A stretch of 63,190 bases of DNA, counting the filler, from Stramenopiles sp. TOSAG23-2 (lineage: Eukaryota), in assembly GCA_900128395.1 (NCBI GenBank). It is 8 parts of 8 records of this genome, joined end to end, with 100 filler letters (N's around TTAATTAATTAA, not from the genome) between each part and the next. Parts side by side here need not be neighbours in the genome. Positions count along the whole stretch, not along the records: positions 1 to 26,605 come from LT649431.1; 7 more parts are not named here. The stretch is one strand, 5' to 3'. Made by a program: the position numbers and the translations under genes. The notes beneath the pieces are model-generated. The model had not been told where the DNA came from. It searched no databases and saw nothing but the letters and a program-made list of their open reading frames with translations. The first letter of the stretch is position 1; every line of letters starts with the position of its first letter. Positions 1 to 10,533 of the stretch are shown piece after piece.

Positions 1-151
1 TTTTTTTTTTGTTTTGACGTTGTAACATACTATATAATAAGACACACGCTCACACTCTCTTTTTTTGTTTTTTTGCTTTTTTTTTTCCTCTTCATTTCGT
101 TAAAACTTGATAACATTATATATAATCTAGAATATTTCATTCTTGTTCATT

Positions 152-2185
152 TTACTTCCTTTTTCCACCCATACGTAATTTCACATACGCAGGGATTTTA
201 AATACACGACCAGAGTCAAATTGTGTTTGATATTCACTACGGCCTTTCAATGGACGTATTAAATCTGGATACCTAGGTGCCATGGAAATAATACCAGCAG
301 CTTTTGGTTTATTTTTTTTAGCATCGTTATTAGAATTATTTTTTCTACCATTTTTACTTTTATTAAATTTCGCAATCGTACTTTTGTATTCAGATGTGCG
401 CAATGAACGTGGGATATCTAATATAGTGGAACGTTTTATCTTATTTACTGGTTTTTTTACCATTTTCTTTGATTGTGGTTTCTCTAACGCAACTTTAATA
501 ACTGTTGATGGTACTTTGAAATTGGAATCATATTCACTGATACCATACGCAGCTAAACCATCAGCAGGATATTTTTTAGCATCTTTTTTCGTAGCAAAGC
601 TTTTCCAAACGTTGTTAAAATTCCAATTGTATTCTGAAATTCCCCATGTTTTCGATTGGAATTCTTGTGGAGCAGCATCTTCTTTATCTACCATAATCCA
701 TTCATCATCTCCACCATCCGTTGGAGAGGCAGCTGCTGCTGCTGCTGCAGCAGCATCAACAGCTGCAGCACTAAAACGACGTTTATGCTCTTCATTTGCA
801 GTTGTTTTTTCAGCACCATATGCTTCCATGTATGATGATAATCTGTCTTCAGGGTGTGGGCGTTTGACTTTCTCCGGTACAACTTTATCGGTAGCTTCGG
901 TCCAATCCATCGCATTTGCAGTTCCTTCTGATTTCGTACTATCAATTTTAGATAATTCTGCCATAGCTGAAATATCATATGCTTTGAATTCAGTATGATT
1001 TTCTGATTCACCCCAACCAGTTTCGCTCACTTCTGGCTTGTTCACAACCGCATCTTCTTCATTGTCATCACCTTCCCATTCCATAGCAGCACTTGCACCA
1101 CCATCATTTACACCGCTTGGTAATCCAGCAATGATTTCATTTGCTTTTTTACCAAATCTGTTTGTATAATTACCATCATATTCCGATGTCCATGCATTAT
1201 TTTTATTATTACTACTACTACTACTATTAGTTGTTCCGTTAACAGCGGATATTTCCTGTTCCCAATCCATAGCACTTGATGCACCACCATCATTTACACC
1301 AGATGCAACACCGGCAATTTGAGTAGCGTTGACTTTACTATCATCAATATCTAAAAAATTTGCAACATATTCTGAACATTTACCACTTTTTCTTGCCAAT
1401 GACATGGATGCTAATTTAGCTGTTTGTACTGCTTTTTCCATTTCTCGTAAATATCCTGGCATTTTATATTTCGAATCGTATTCGGAGACATTTTCACCAT
1501 TTGCACGGTTGGATGATTTTGATGCCTTTTTCGTTTCCACCGTATTCATGTCGTTGCCAAACTTCTCTACAGCTGCTTTTGCAACCACAGCAGCAATAGG
1601 ATGCGGATCAGTCTCTTTATTTGCATGTTTTTCTGCATGAATTTCATTCATTTCTTTACCTTTCTCTTCCGCTTCTTGTAAAACATTTGCAAACGACCTG
1701 CGATGTACACGTCTTGCTGCTTCACGTGCAGCTTGGTGTCCAATATCTCCAGCTTTAGCAGGTGAAAATGGTGTTGCCCGCGACACTTTCTTTTTTTTCT
1801 TGCGTCGAGCTTCGATCGCCATTGGTACGTATTTATTATCATACTCACTTTCCCATCCAGTACTAGTTTGATCTGCGTATGGGCCAATATCTAATTTTGG
1901 ACCAGATTTCGTTTTCCTTGTAGTTAATTTATTATCTGTCATAGGTTCTTCCGTAATGTAGTTTGCATCGTATTCGGATATTCCACCAAATGTGTTGGAA
2001 CCAGAATCAATAGATAAAATGTTTGTTTTTGGCTTTGCAATTTTCAATACATCGTTATTAGAATCATAATTACTTGGCGTTGGTGTCGTAAAGGATGAAA
2101 CGTATTCAGAACATAATTTCGATAAGCCTTCTAACTGTGCCATACCTAACGCAAATTGTTCTCTGTCTTTTTGTGTATTCGACAT
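152..2185 (-). CDS. SEY-repeat protein, SAXO/MAP6/MDM1-like microtubule-binding candidate (677 aa)
   Basis: Intronless ORF with about 10 SEYxxx[F/Y] motifs (CSEYVSSF, ISEYDANY, ESEYDNKY, VSEYDSKY, CSEYVANF, TSEYDGNY, ISEYNWNF, ISEYDSNF, RSEYQTQF) in low-complexity spacers; family assignment is by motif resemblance only. Confidence 0.6.
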   Translation of the reverse strand: MSNTQKDREQFALGMAQLEGLSKLCSEYVSSFTTPTPSNYDSNNDVLKIAKPKTNILSIDSGSNTFGGISEYDANYITEEPMTDNKLTTRKTKSGPKLDIGPYADQTSTGWESEYDNKYVPMAIEARRKKKKKVSRATPFSPAKAGDIGHQAAREAARRVHRRSFANVLQEAEEKGKEMNEIHAEKHANKETDPHPIAAVVAKAAVEKFGNDMNTVETKKASKSSNRANGENVSEYDSKYKMPGYLREMEKAVQTAKLASMSLARKSGKCSEYVANFLDIDDSKVNATQIAGVASGVNDGGASSAMDWEQEISAVNGTTNSSSSSNNKNNAWTSEYDGNYTNRFGKKANEIIAGLPSGVNDGGASAAMEWEGDDNEEDAVVNKPEVSETGWGESENHTEFKAYDISAMAELSKIDSTKSEGTANAMDWTEATDKVVPEKVKRPHPEDRLSSYMEAYGAEKTTANEEHKRRFSAAAVDAAAAAAAAASPTDGGDDEWIMVDKEDAAPQEFQSKTWGISEYNWNFNNVWKSFATKKDAKKYPADGLAAYGISEYDSNFKVPSTVIKVALEKPQSKKMVKKPVNKIKRSTILDIPRSLRTSEYKSTIAKFNKSKNGRKNNSNNDAKKNKPKAAGIISMAPRYPDLIRPLKGRSEYQTQFDSGRVFKIPAYVKLRMGGKRK

Positions 2186-2401
2186 GTTGTGGTGTTTTGG
2201 TTGTTTGTATCGTTTTGATATATATATATATATAAATATATGAATTAATCAATCCTAATATTTTTATTACAAAATATGGATTATTTAATTAAATTGTACT
2301 GTTTTGTGGTCTCGTAATGATACAATAAATCAATACAAACTGAATAATTTGTTGTTCTTGTATAAAATATTTTTATCTATTAAAATGTTTTATAGAATAG
2401 A

Positions 2402-2597
2402 NNNNNNNNNNNNNNNNNNNNNNNNNNNNNNNNNNNNNNNNNNNNNNNNNNNNNNNNNNNNNNNNNNNNNNNNNNNNNNNNNNNNNNNNNNNNNNNNNNN
2501 NNNNNNNNNNNNNNNNNNNNNNNNNNNNNNNNNNNNNNNNNNNNNNNNNNNNNNNNNNNNNNNNNNNNNNNNNNNNNNNNNNNNNNNNNNNNNNNNN
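2402..2597. other. Scaffold gap (run of N)
   Basis: 196 N without the TTAATTAATTAA linker, i.e. an intra-scaffold gap. Confidence 0.95.
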
Positions 2598-3217
2598 TAA
2601 CGATTTATTATCTAGCATAATTAGCAGGAAGATATTACTGAACTGTACAGCACCTAGAGCACAGTCGTCTACAAAATATGCGCCCTCGTCGATATTCAGA
2701 ATACCTTAATTGTTTCTATGCTGTGTCCCCTTACCTCCAAATTTCGGGCTCTCTCTCTGCTCTCTGCTCACGCGTTTAAAATAAGTACGAAAACGTGCCG
2801 TAGCATTCACCACATCAGTTCGCCTATCATGTTGAACTGGTTCATTAGCACTCACACAGTATGGAGTTTTTTTCTATTTGGACCGATACACTTGTATCTA
2901 TAATATAGCAATAGTATTACAAACAACTATTATCATCCGAACGGTGAAAAAGAGAATCCGCTTTCGATAAGAAGATTATAGGTTACAGGTATTCCATCCA
3001 ACCACACCACCACCAACAATAATAATACCTGTATACCCATATATTATAATTTTTATACAGAATAATAATTTAATACATAGAATTATAATATTTTATATAT
3101 AATATTTTCATTTAACGAAAGGACAAAATATAGAAACAATTGTATTATAGTATATAATATCATCTGAAACAATTACCATCATCATTTCATTAAGTGTAAT
3201 AGAAAGAATAAAACACC

Positions 3218-6200
3218 ATGTCGCAAAAACAACAATTATTACCAACAATCAATGAAAACAAGAAAGCAGCTGTTGGTACTAGTATAATTCATGAAGATAA
3301 AAAACAAAATAATGATGATGATAATAATAGTAAGAAGAAAAATGTGGAACTACCATCAATCAATGAAAACAAGAAAGCAGCTGTTGGTACTACTAGTATA
3401 ATTCATGAAGATAAAAAACAAATTAATGATGATGATAATAATAGTAAGAAGAAAAATGTGGAACTGACTAATGTCCAAATAAATGAAAAAATAGTAGAAA
3501 ATAATAATGATAAAAAGGATGAAACATTAACGCCGCAAAAATCCATTAAATTATTAAAAAGTGAAACTGAAATGAATTATGAAACATGGAATTCAGCAGG
3601 TAATGATTTAATGACGGTGATGAATACAAGCGGTGGTCAACAAACTTGGAAAGATTACCGTGAACAAGTAGAAAATATATTAGAAATTGATAATAAATTA
3701 AAGAAACGAAGAGAAGGAGATTTTGCTCGTTGTTTCAACGAGCTACAATGTCGATTTATTACACTTGTCATCATTATCGCCTTTTTCGTCTTGGTTTCAC
3801 ACCTGTCGACGTATTTGATTCAAGTTACGATTCCATTTAAATATGACCCCGAATTAGGTTCCTTAACGATACGTGTTCGTGCTTGTGACGTTCGCGTTAG
3901 TAAGGTTAATAAAAATGATGCAAAGGCTGGTACAATTCAAGTTACACAATGGTCTTTAAGTGATACGAAAGTCAATGCAAATTATGGTCAATCAATTGAT
4001 GAAGATGCTGCTGATGGCAAATATGTGTTTCTACAGAAAAAGAAAACGATGGATTTAGAAGGAGCTGCAGGTACCGTGGGTGATTTATTGTCTTATTATA
4101 AAGAACAAGAAAATGAAGTTATAACATCACTAAGTGTTGAAAATGATCAAGGGTGCGACAATCCTATCAGTATTAATCATCATGGCTGCCACACACAATG
4201 TTTGGTACATATTTATGCCCCGGAGGATAAGCCTCTCAATGATTTATATATATGGCAATATGGAGATGATGCAACACCTTTGGTATTTGCAAACATAACG
4301 GCTCCTGGGATTGTTATTAATTCATTGACCGTTGAAGCGAAATCGATAGAAACACATGTTAATGGTATAATCAGCACGAAATTACTAAATGTAACGTCAG
4401 TTGAAGGTGCAATTTATATTAAAAATACATCCTTTACAAATGCATATTTACGATCAACGCGTAATTCTATATATTTGATCGATACGCATACAAGCAGTGA
4501 TCAAACGAATTTAGCTGTACATTACCGTTCCACTAATGAACTGGGTTGCATTCAAGCAGTCGGGATGAACCCTGCAACACCAGCATCATCTTGGTTATTA
4601 CATAATGAATATTCTGATCGTCCTGCTTTTAGACGTGGGATAAGCTGCGATCCAACTGGCATCAATGGCGATAGTGGCGCAGCTCGGGCTGTTTTGAATA
4701 TTTTTAATCCAAATAACGATGTGTTCATATCCCGTGATAATGTTATAAGTGGCTTAGCGAATTTAAAAAAGTGTGTTGGAGGGGCATGTCCACGTTTTGG
4801 CAATCCACAATCAGTTGCAGATTTGATTTTTCCGACAACTGCGTCTGCATACGTTGCTGGTGGTGCTGAGGATACTAATAGTAATAATAATGGATTTGTC
4901 AATTCACCAGCATATTCGTTAAATCATATACAATTTTTAAATCGTATCTCTGCTTTAAATGACAGTACAATGATCCCAGGGTGTGAAAGAGCAGTAACCG
5001 TCATACCACCATCGCATAATAGAAGCAAAAGCAAACCTTACAGACGCCTTCGAATGATAACTGATGAAGGGGAAGCAAGGGTTGTAACGATTGTAAATAA
5101 AAGTAATGTTGCTGTGAAACATACCATAGGAAATACAAGCTTCATAGCGACGCCAACAGCTGCTTTTAAAGATACTGGCCATTATTCTGGTTTGCGAATT
5201 TTGAAAAAAGATATAGATATGATTTACAAGCGCCTGCGCAATCCATATGGTAAAGCTGGGCAAGGAGATTTGGAAAATGATGTTTATGCAACTATAGACA
5301 TTGCTGCGTCACCTGGTATCCCATCAATGCGTTGGATTTATACAACACGTAAATATTATTTGCTTATGTCACCTGAATTTGTTTCGTTTATATCATTTGG
5401 CATGATAACACCTACAGAAATCATTCATTTGCGTATTCGGATGTTGAACGGAGATTGTGAAAATATTACAACTATTTTAGACAGTAAAACTAACAAACCC
5501 AATGCGCCATTATCACCAGGTGAGATAAACGATAATGTTGACATAACACCTGCATTTCTAGAGGAAGTATATCTTCGATTATGGAAAGTGTTAGTGCCAT
5601 GGCCACAAGAAGTGATTAATGGTGATTTAGTAGCATTGTTTTACAACCAAACATACTCTGATGTGGAGCGCCGGGTAACGATGGTTGCGTTTAGCCCATT
5701 CGCCTCAAACGGTGTACCAGGTAGATTGTTTTCATCCGGTATAGCCTTTGCCACGCATTTTTCGTACTTTGTGATTCTGCTTGGCAGCATAATTCTAGCT
5801 ACGCATCTTGTTCGGTTAGCGTCAAAAGCCACCATTAATTTTATTGTCAGGACTAAAGTGGATATTGAATTGAAAAGGAGACTTGTACTTTTTGAAACAG
5901 TGATAGCAGTTGGACAAAAGGTATCGCTAGAACAAAAAAAACGTAAACGGCAGACGCTTTTAAAACAAAAATCAGTTGATGTGAAAATTTTAGGCAATGA
6001 GATGATGGGCGCGCCATTGCCATCAGCATCCAAGAAGTATGACGAGAAAGAGAAAAGGATGAATGCGATTGAGAGAATGGAAAATTTCGAGGTGGATGAA
6101 GAACATGTTACAGCTGGTAATGAAAATTGTTGCGAACGATGCATTTCATCTATTAGAGGCAAGTGTTTTAGAAAAACTTTTTTCTTTCATGAAATGATTA

Positions 6201-8575
6201 AAATTTTCACCAATTCACTTGTCTCTGCACTAAAAGTTTCGTTGACGTCAGAGCAAAACACGTTTGAAAATTGCCTTGACGATTGCTTTAAATTTCAGCC
6301 TGACGTTCCTGAAACTGGAGGTAAATCTTTCTCTGCAAATATGAAACGATTTGGCAAACGTGTAAGAAAAAAACTGAGACAGTTTTGGTCGAAGGAGAAA
6401 AAACGAATCCGTGATAAACAGAAGAAAAAGGGAAAAAAAGTATACATCACTCCTTTTAAAAATGTTCTTGATGAATATCAAGATTATTGTTGGGAAAGAC
6501 AACTACCTTCATCATTAGGAAAAGAAGAAATAAAAGAGATTTTATTGTTTGAATATGATTGCTATTTAGAGACATACCGCCATTTTGAAATCCCACAATT
6601 GCAGTGGAGTTTTGATGTTAAAGATACGTCTGAAACGCTTAAAATGTTGAAAAGAATGATACTGAAAAAACAAAAGGATGATTTGCTTAAAGTCAATGGA
6701 GATGAAATCAAGTTAGAATTAGATATATTGACTTTATTCATAAACACCTACTGTGTTTGGAATTTGGATGGCAGAAATACGCTTAATGAGAATAGTTTCC
6801 ATCTTCAATATTTAAAAGAAGAAGCTGTGAACGTATATGATAATGAAGAGGAGGAAGATGAGCCTACCACAGCACGTAGGCAAACATCTTCTTCGCAAAT
6901 GGAATCATCTGTAGAAGAACGTTTAAAGTCAAATTTTTTTGTTACACGGTTTGAGGCCTGGATAGAAAAAAATGAAATTCCTTGGGAATTTGCAGATGCT
7001 TCGATAGAGGGACTTTCAAGACTAAATATTGGTGTGGACATTACTATGGTAACGAATGTCCTTGGTATTCGTAAACGATTGAAATCAAAATCCCATGATA
7101 CTGGATTTCTTAAAATTGTTTGCCAAACAAAAGGAAAACCGAAAAAGCGCAGGAATTATGCAACAAGACTTAAACGACATTTGCAACGTGTTCTTCTCAT
7201 ATCTGTTCAGGTTTTTTTGGATTTTTTTATAATTAATGTGGTCCCATTTATTTTTTTATATCTTGCTTGGAAAGCACATAGGGATTGGGCTAGATTATCT
7301 GGTCGGGAGAACGTTTTGACAACAGATACTCTTTTCAATGCAAACTTTGAAGAATTATTTAATTATGAAATCAATCCATGGGCTTTGGCAATATTGATTG
7401 GCATTACTTTGTTATTATTTTTTCATATTTTCCGTGTTTTCTTTGATTATGTAATTGAAGCATTGGAGAAACATAAAAGTATAATTTTAGAAGAACAAGT
7501 AGCAAATCGCCTTAAAAATGTTTTAACTGATACAAGTGAGCGTAGAAATATAGAACAGCATTTTTCTTCAGAGTATGTAACCGATGAAGATGTAGCATCT
7601 TACGAAAAAAAACATAGATGTCATTCTTGCTGTCGAAGCGCATCATATGCTTGTGTGAGCATGCATAATGTTATCGTTGCATTTGAATATACCATTTTTT
7701 TGATTTTGTTTCTTGTACAATTTTCCTATATTGTTGCAGGTACTATAGCGGATCCTAAGCGTAATTTATCAACAGGCGTTTTTGTTATAACTTCGGTAAT
7801 AGTTGCTTATTTGACATATAATAATATGTTGAGTGTGTATAGCCGTACAAAAACAAAAATGAAATATTATTTTCAACAATGTGTCAATAAAGGAATTGAT
7901 AGGTATTTAGGTTTGAAAATCAAACAAAATATACGTGAAAATGATGCTAAAGTTTTAACGCAAGAAACGACTGATGGCGCGAAAAAGAAGTTGATATTAA
8001 ATTTGAATAATGTGACTGATACCCCGGATGATGCTTCCCCTATATACGATGACGATAATTTACCAGATGCAACCGCTGAAAATATTTTTGATGCGCTTGT
8101 AATCGATTGCCGTGGTAAAAATACGCTAGATTACAAAGGCCTTTGTCATTTATTTGATAGATTGAATCTAAATTTACGAGAGGGTATGAAAAGGAAGATG
8201 TTTTCTCACTGTGATAAAGGAGGGGATGGAAGAGTCAATAAAAAAGAATTTGTTGATGCGTGGGAATGGTTGCAAGATGAACTGGCTGAAAGGATTGCCA
8301 ACGAGATGGGCGTAGGATATGATGCAGTTATCCAGACAGTTATCTACGTGTTGCTTTTCATGACATGTTTTTTCCTGTTTTTAGTATACCATTTACGTGT
8401 TTTTGTTGCAAATGGCGACTTTCAAAGCATTTTAACGTCATTGTTTGTGATTGGTTCTGGGATGGCAACTAAATTTTTCGAAAAAGCAGCACAAGGTGAT
8501 TATGCAGATAAAGAACAAGTTGATAAGAAAGTCAAAGTTATTGTCGGTAAAGAGTTGATGAAATCAGCTTTGTAG
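3218..8575 (+). CDS. Large multi-pass membrane protein with extracellular region and C-terminal EF-hand (1785 aa), function unknown
   Basis: Long intronless ORF with hydrophobic segments (FITLVIIIAFFVLV, FSYFVILLGSIILA, several near the C-terminus), EF-hand loop DKGGDGRVNKKEF and an imperfect N-terminal 37-38 aa duplication. Confidence 0.75.
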   Translation: MSQKQQLLPTINENKKAAVGTSIIHEDKKQNNDDDNNSKKKNVELPSINENKKAAVGTTSIIHEDKKQINDDDNNSKKKNVELTNVQINEKIVENNNDKKDETLTPQKSIKLLKSETEMNYETWNSAGNDLMTVMNTSGGQQTWKDYREQVENILEIDNKLKKRREGDFARCFNELQCRFITLVIIIAFFVLVSHLSTYLIQVTIPFKYDPELGSLTIRVRACDVRVSKVNKNDAKAGTIQVTQWSLSDTKVNANYGQSIDEDAADGKYVFLQKKKTMDLEGAAGTVGDLLSYYKEQENEVITSLSVENDQGCDNPISINHHGCHTQCLVHIYAPEDKPLNDLYIWQYGDDATPLVFANITAPGIVINSLTVEAKSIETHVNGIISTKLLNVTSVEGAIYIKNTSFTNAYLRSTRNSIYLIDTHTSSDQTNLAVHYRSTNELGCIQAVGMNPATPASSWLLHNEYSDRPAFRRGISCDPTGINGDSGAARAVLNIFNPNNDVFISRDNVISGLANLKKCVGGACPRFGNPQSVADLIFPTTASAYVAGGAEDTNSNNNGFVNSPAYSLNHIQFLNRISALNDSTMIPGCERAVTVIPPSHNRSKSKPYRRLRMITDEGEARVVTIVNKSNVAVKHTIGNTSFIATPTAAFKDTGHYSGLRILKKDIDMIYKRLRNPYGKAGQGDLENDVYATIDIAASPGIPSMRWIYTTRKYYLLMSPEFVSFISFGMITPTEIIHLRIRMLNGDCENITTILDSKTNKPNAPLSPGEINDNVDITPAFLEEVYLRLWKVLVPWPQEVINGDLVALFYNQTYSDVERRVTMVAFSPFASNGVPGRLFSSGIAFATHFSYFVILLGSIILATHLVRLASKATINFIVRTKVDIELKRRLVLFETVIAVGQKVSLEQKKRKRQTLLKQKSVDVKILGNEMMGAPLPSASKKYDEKEKRMNAIERMENFEVDEEHVTAGNENCCERCISSIRGKCFRKTFFFHEMIKIFTNSLVSALKVSLTSEQNTFENCLDDCFKFQPDVPETGGKSFSANMKRFGKRVRKKLRQFWSKEKKRIRDKQKKKGKKVYITPFKNVLDEYQDYCWERQLPSSLGKEEIKEILLFEYDCYLETYRHFEIPQLQWSFDVKDTSETLKMLKRMILKKQKDDLLKVNGDEIKLELDILTLFINTYCVWNLDGRNTLNENSFHLQYLKEEAVNVYDNEEEEDEPTTARRQTSSSQMESSVEERLKSNFFVTRFEAWIEKNEIPWEFADASIEGLSRLNIGVDITMVTNVLGIRKRLKSKSHDTGFLKIVCQTKGKPKKRRNYATRLKRHLQRVLLISVQVFLDFFIINVVPFIFLYLAWKAHRDWARLSGRENVLTTDTLFNANFEELFNYEINPWALAILIGITLLLFFHIFRVFFDYVIEALEKHKSIILEEQVANRLKNVLTDTSERRNIEQHFSSEYVTDEDVASYEKKHRCHSCCRSASYACVSMHNVIVAFEYTIFLILFLVQFSYIVAGTIADPKRNLSTGVFVITSVIVAYLTYNNMLSVYSRTKTKMKYYFQQCVNKGIDRYLGLKIKQNIRENDAKVLTQETTDGAKKKLILNLNNVTDTPDDASPIYDDDNLPDATAENIFDALVIDCRGKNTLDYKGLCHLFDRLNLNLREGMKRKMFSHCDKGGDGRVNKKEFVDAWEWLQDELAERIANEMGVGYDAVIQTVIYVLLFMTCFFLFLVYHLRVFVANGDFQSILTSLFVIGSGMATKFFEKAAQGDYADKEQVDKKVKVIVGKELMKSAL

Positions 8576-8641
8576 AGAGCAATACTTCCTATTAGAAAAT
8601 TTGAACGTCGTATCATATAATATTAATTTCGAGGTTTCATC

Positions 8642-10102
8642 ATGTCCTCCTCTGCATTACACGATTCGACTGGTGGTTTTAATCGTCGTGTGGAATATTT
8701 TTATGATCCAGACATAGGTAATTATTATTATGGTAGTGGACATCCAATGAAACCACATCGCGTACGGTTGACGCATCATTTATTATTGAATTATGGTCTG
8801 TATAGGCAAATGAATGTATTTAGGCCATTAAAAGCAACAAAAGAAGAGATGTCTATGTTTCACAAAAGTGACTATTTAGACTTTTTAAGAATTTGTACAC
8901 CTGATGAGGAGGAAAGGTATGCAAATCAAATGGAACGTTTTAATGTTGGACAAGCTGACTGTCCAATTTTTGGCGATTTATATGAATATTGCCAGGTATA
9001 TTCTGGCGCTAGCTTAAGCGCTGCGATGCGTTTAAATGCAAAACGAAGTGATATAGTAGTTAATTGGTCTGGTGGGATGCATCATGCAAAAAAAAGTGAA
9101 GCAAGTGGATTTTGTTATGTGAACGATATTGTATTGGCTATACTGGAACTGTTAAAATCGAAAGAAAGGGTTTTATATCTTGATATTGATATCCACCATG
9201 GGGATGGTGTCGAGGAAGCATTTTATAGTACAAATAGAGTCATGACATTGTCGTTCCATCAGTATGGCGATTTTTTTCCTGGCACTGGCACGGTGCAAGA
9301 TGATGGAAACAAAGACGGTAAAGGTTACGCATTGAATTTTCCATTGCAAGATGGTTTGACGAATCAATCATTCCGTACTGTTTTCAGGCCAGTCATTGAT
9401 GAAGTTATGGCTCGTTTCAGACCGGAAGCTGTTGTTATGTGTTGTGGCGCCGATTCTATAACTGGTGACAGGCTTGGTTGTTGGAATTTAACCATTAAAG
9501 GGCATGCGGAATGTATTGACTATGTAAAAGGTTTTGGCGTGCCGTTGATGTTATTAGGTGGTGGTGGGTATACCCCTCGGAACGTTGCAAGATGTTGGGC
9601 ATGGGAAACTGGTGTTGCCCTTGGTAAAACAGACATGTTGGATGATGAATTACCATTTAATGATTATTATGAATTTTTCAAGCCTGAAGGATATAAGTTG
9701 CATTTGCCTCCACAAAAGAATATTGAAAATTTCAATTCTACTAAAGAACTTCAAAATACTTTGCAGAAAGTCTTAAATATCTTGTACAAATTAGAATCAG
9801 CCCCCAGCGTACCAATTTACACAGGAAACATCGGTACGACGCAAATACCAAAAGCCGCACAAGATTTAGATGAAAGGGAAAAAATCCGTAATGAAAATGT
9901 TGATGCAGAGGTAAGAACAACGGCGGCATTTGAAGGTAGAAAAGCAAGTAACCTTGATGCTATAGCCCCTGAATCACGAGTGGAAAGTGATTTGAATAGC
10001 AACAATATTGGTAGCAGTAATAATAATAATTCAGTGATGGAAGAAGGTGTGACTGCATGGAAAGTTGCACCAAAGGAGGAGGAAGATGAAGAAGGATTGT
10101 AA
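8642..10102 (+). CDS. RPD3: Class I histone deacetylase (RPD3/HDAC1-3 family)
   Basis: GHPMKPHR, NWSGGMHHAKKSEASGFCYVND, DIDIHHGDGVEEAFY, GADSITGDRLG and GGGGYT motifs. Confidence 0.97.
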   Translation: MSSSALHDSTGGFNRRVEYFYDPDIGNYYYGSGHPMKPHRVRLTHHLLLNYGLYRQMNVFRPLKATKEEMSMFHKSDYLDFLRICTPDEEERYANQMERFNVGQADCPIFGDLYEYCQVYSGASLSAAMRLNAKRSDIVVNWSGGMHHAKKSEASGFCYVNDIVLAILELLKSKERVLYLDIDIHHGDGVEEAFYSTNRVMTLSFHQYGDFFPGTGTVQDDGNKDGKGYALNFPLQDGLTNQSFRTVFRPVIDEVMARFRPEAVVMCCGADSITGDRLGCWNLTIKGHAECIDYVKGFGVPLMLLGGGGYTPRNVARCWAWETGVALGKTDMLDDELPFNDYYEFFKPEGYKLHLPPQKNIENFNSTKELQNTLQKVLNILYKLESAPSVPIYTGNIGTTQIPKAAQDLDEREKIRNENVDAEVRTTAAFEGRKASNLDAIAPESRVESDLNSNNIGSSNNNNSVMEEGVTAWKVAPKEEEDEEGL

Positions 10103-10316
10103 AAAAAAAAAAAAGAATTGATTTGATGTTAAATCACCAAATATGTCCGAGATTTATATTTCATTATGATATGATAATAATTTTTATGGAAAGTTGCACC
10201 AAAGGAGGAGGAAGATGAAGAAGGATTGTAAAAAAAAAAAAAAGAATTGATTTGATGTTAAATCACCAAATATGTCCGAGATTTATATTTCATTATGATA
10301 TGATAATAATTTTTAT
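10057..10316 (+). repeat. Exact 129-nt tandem duplication of the HDAC 3' end (probable assembly artefact)
   Basis: atggaaagttgcacc...ataataattttt starts at 10057 and again at 10186. Confidence 0.85.
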
Positions 10317-10533
10317 ACAAAGCTTCGTACATTAATTCAATTAATGATGTATTATTATGACTCGAAGACCGAAGAGACGTTACGTTCGTATTTAAATATT
10401 TTAAAAAAAAATATATTCGTATTATTTTACGACTCGTACTACTTTTACGAATATAATTTTACCGCCGTGTATATTACCCTTCTGTCTCCTTACATGATAT
10501 AATTTCTACGAAGCCGTAAAATACTCTCCTTTA

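Noticed and set aside
2304-2618. ORFs spanning the N gap
   Set aside because: Artefacts of translating N.
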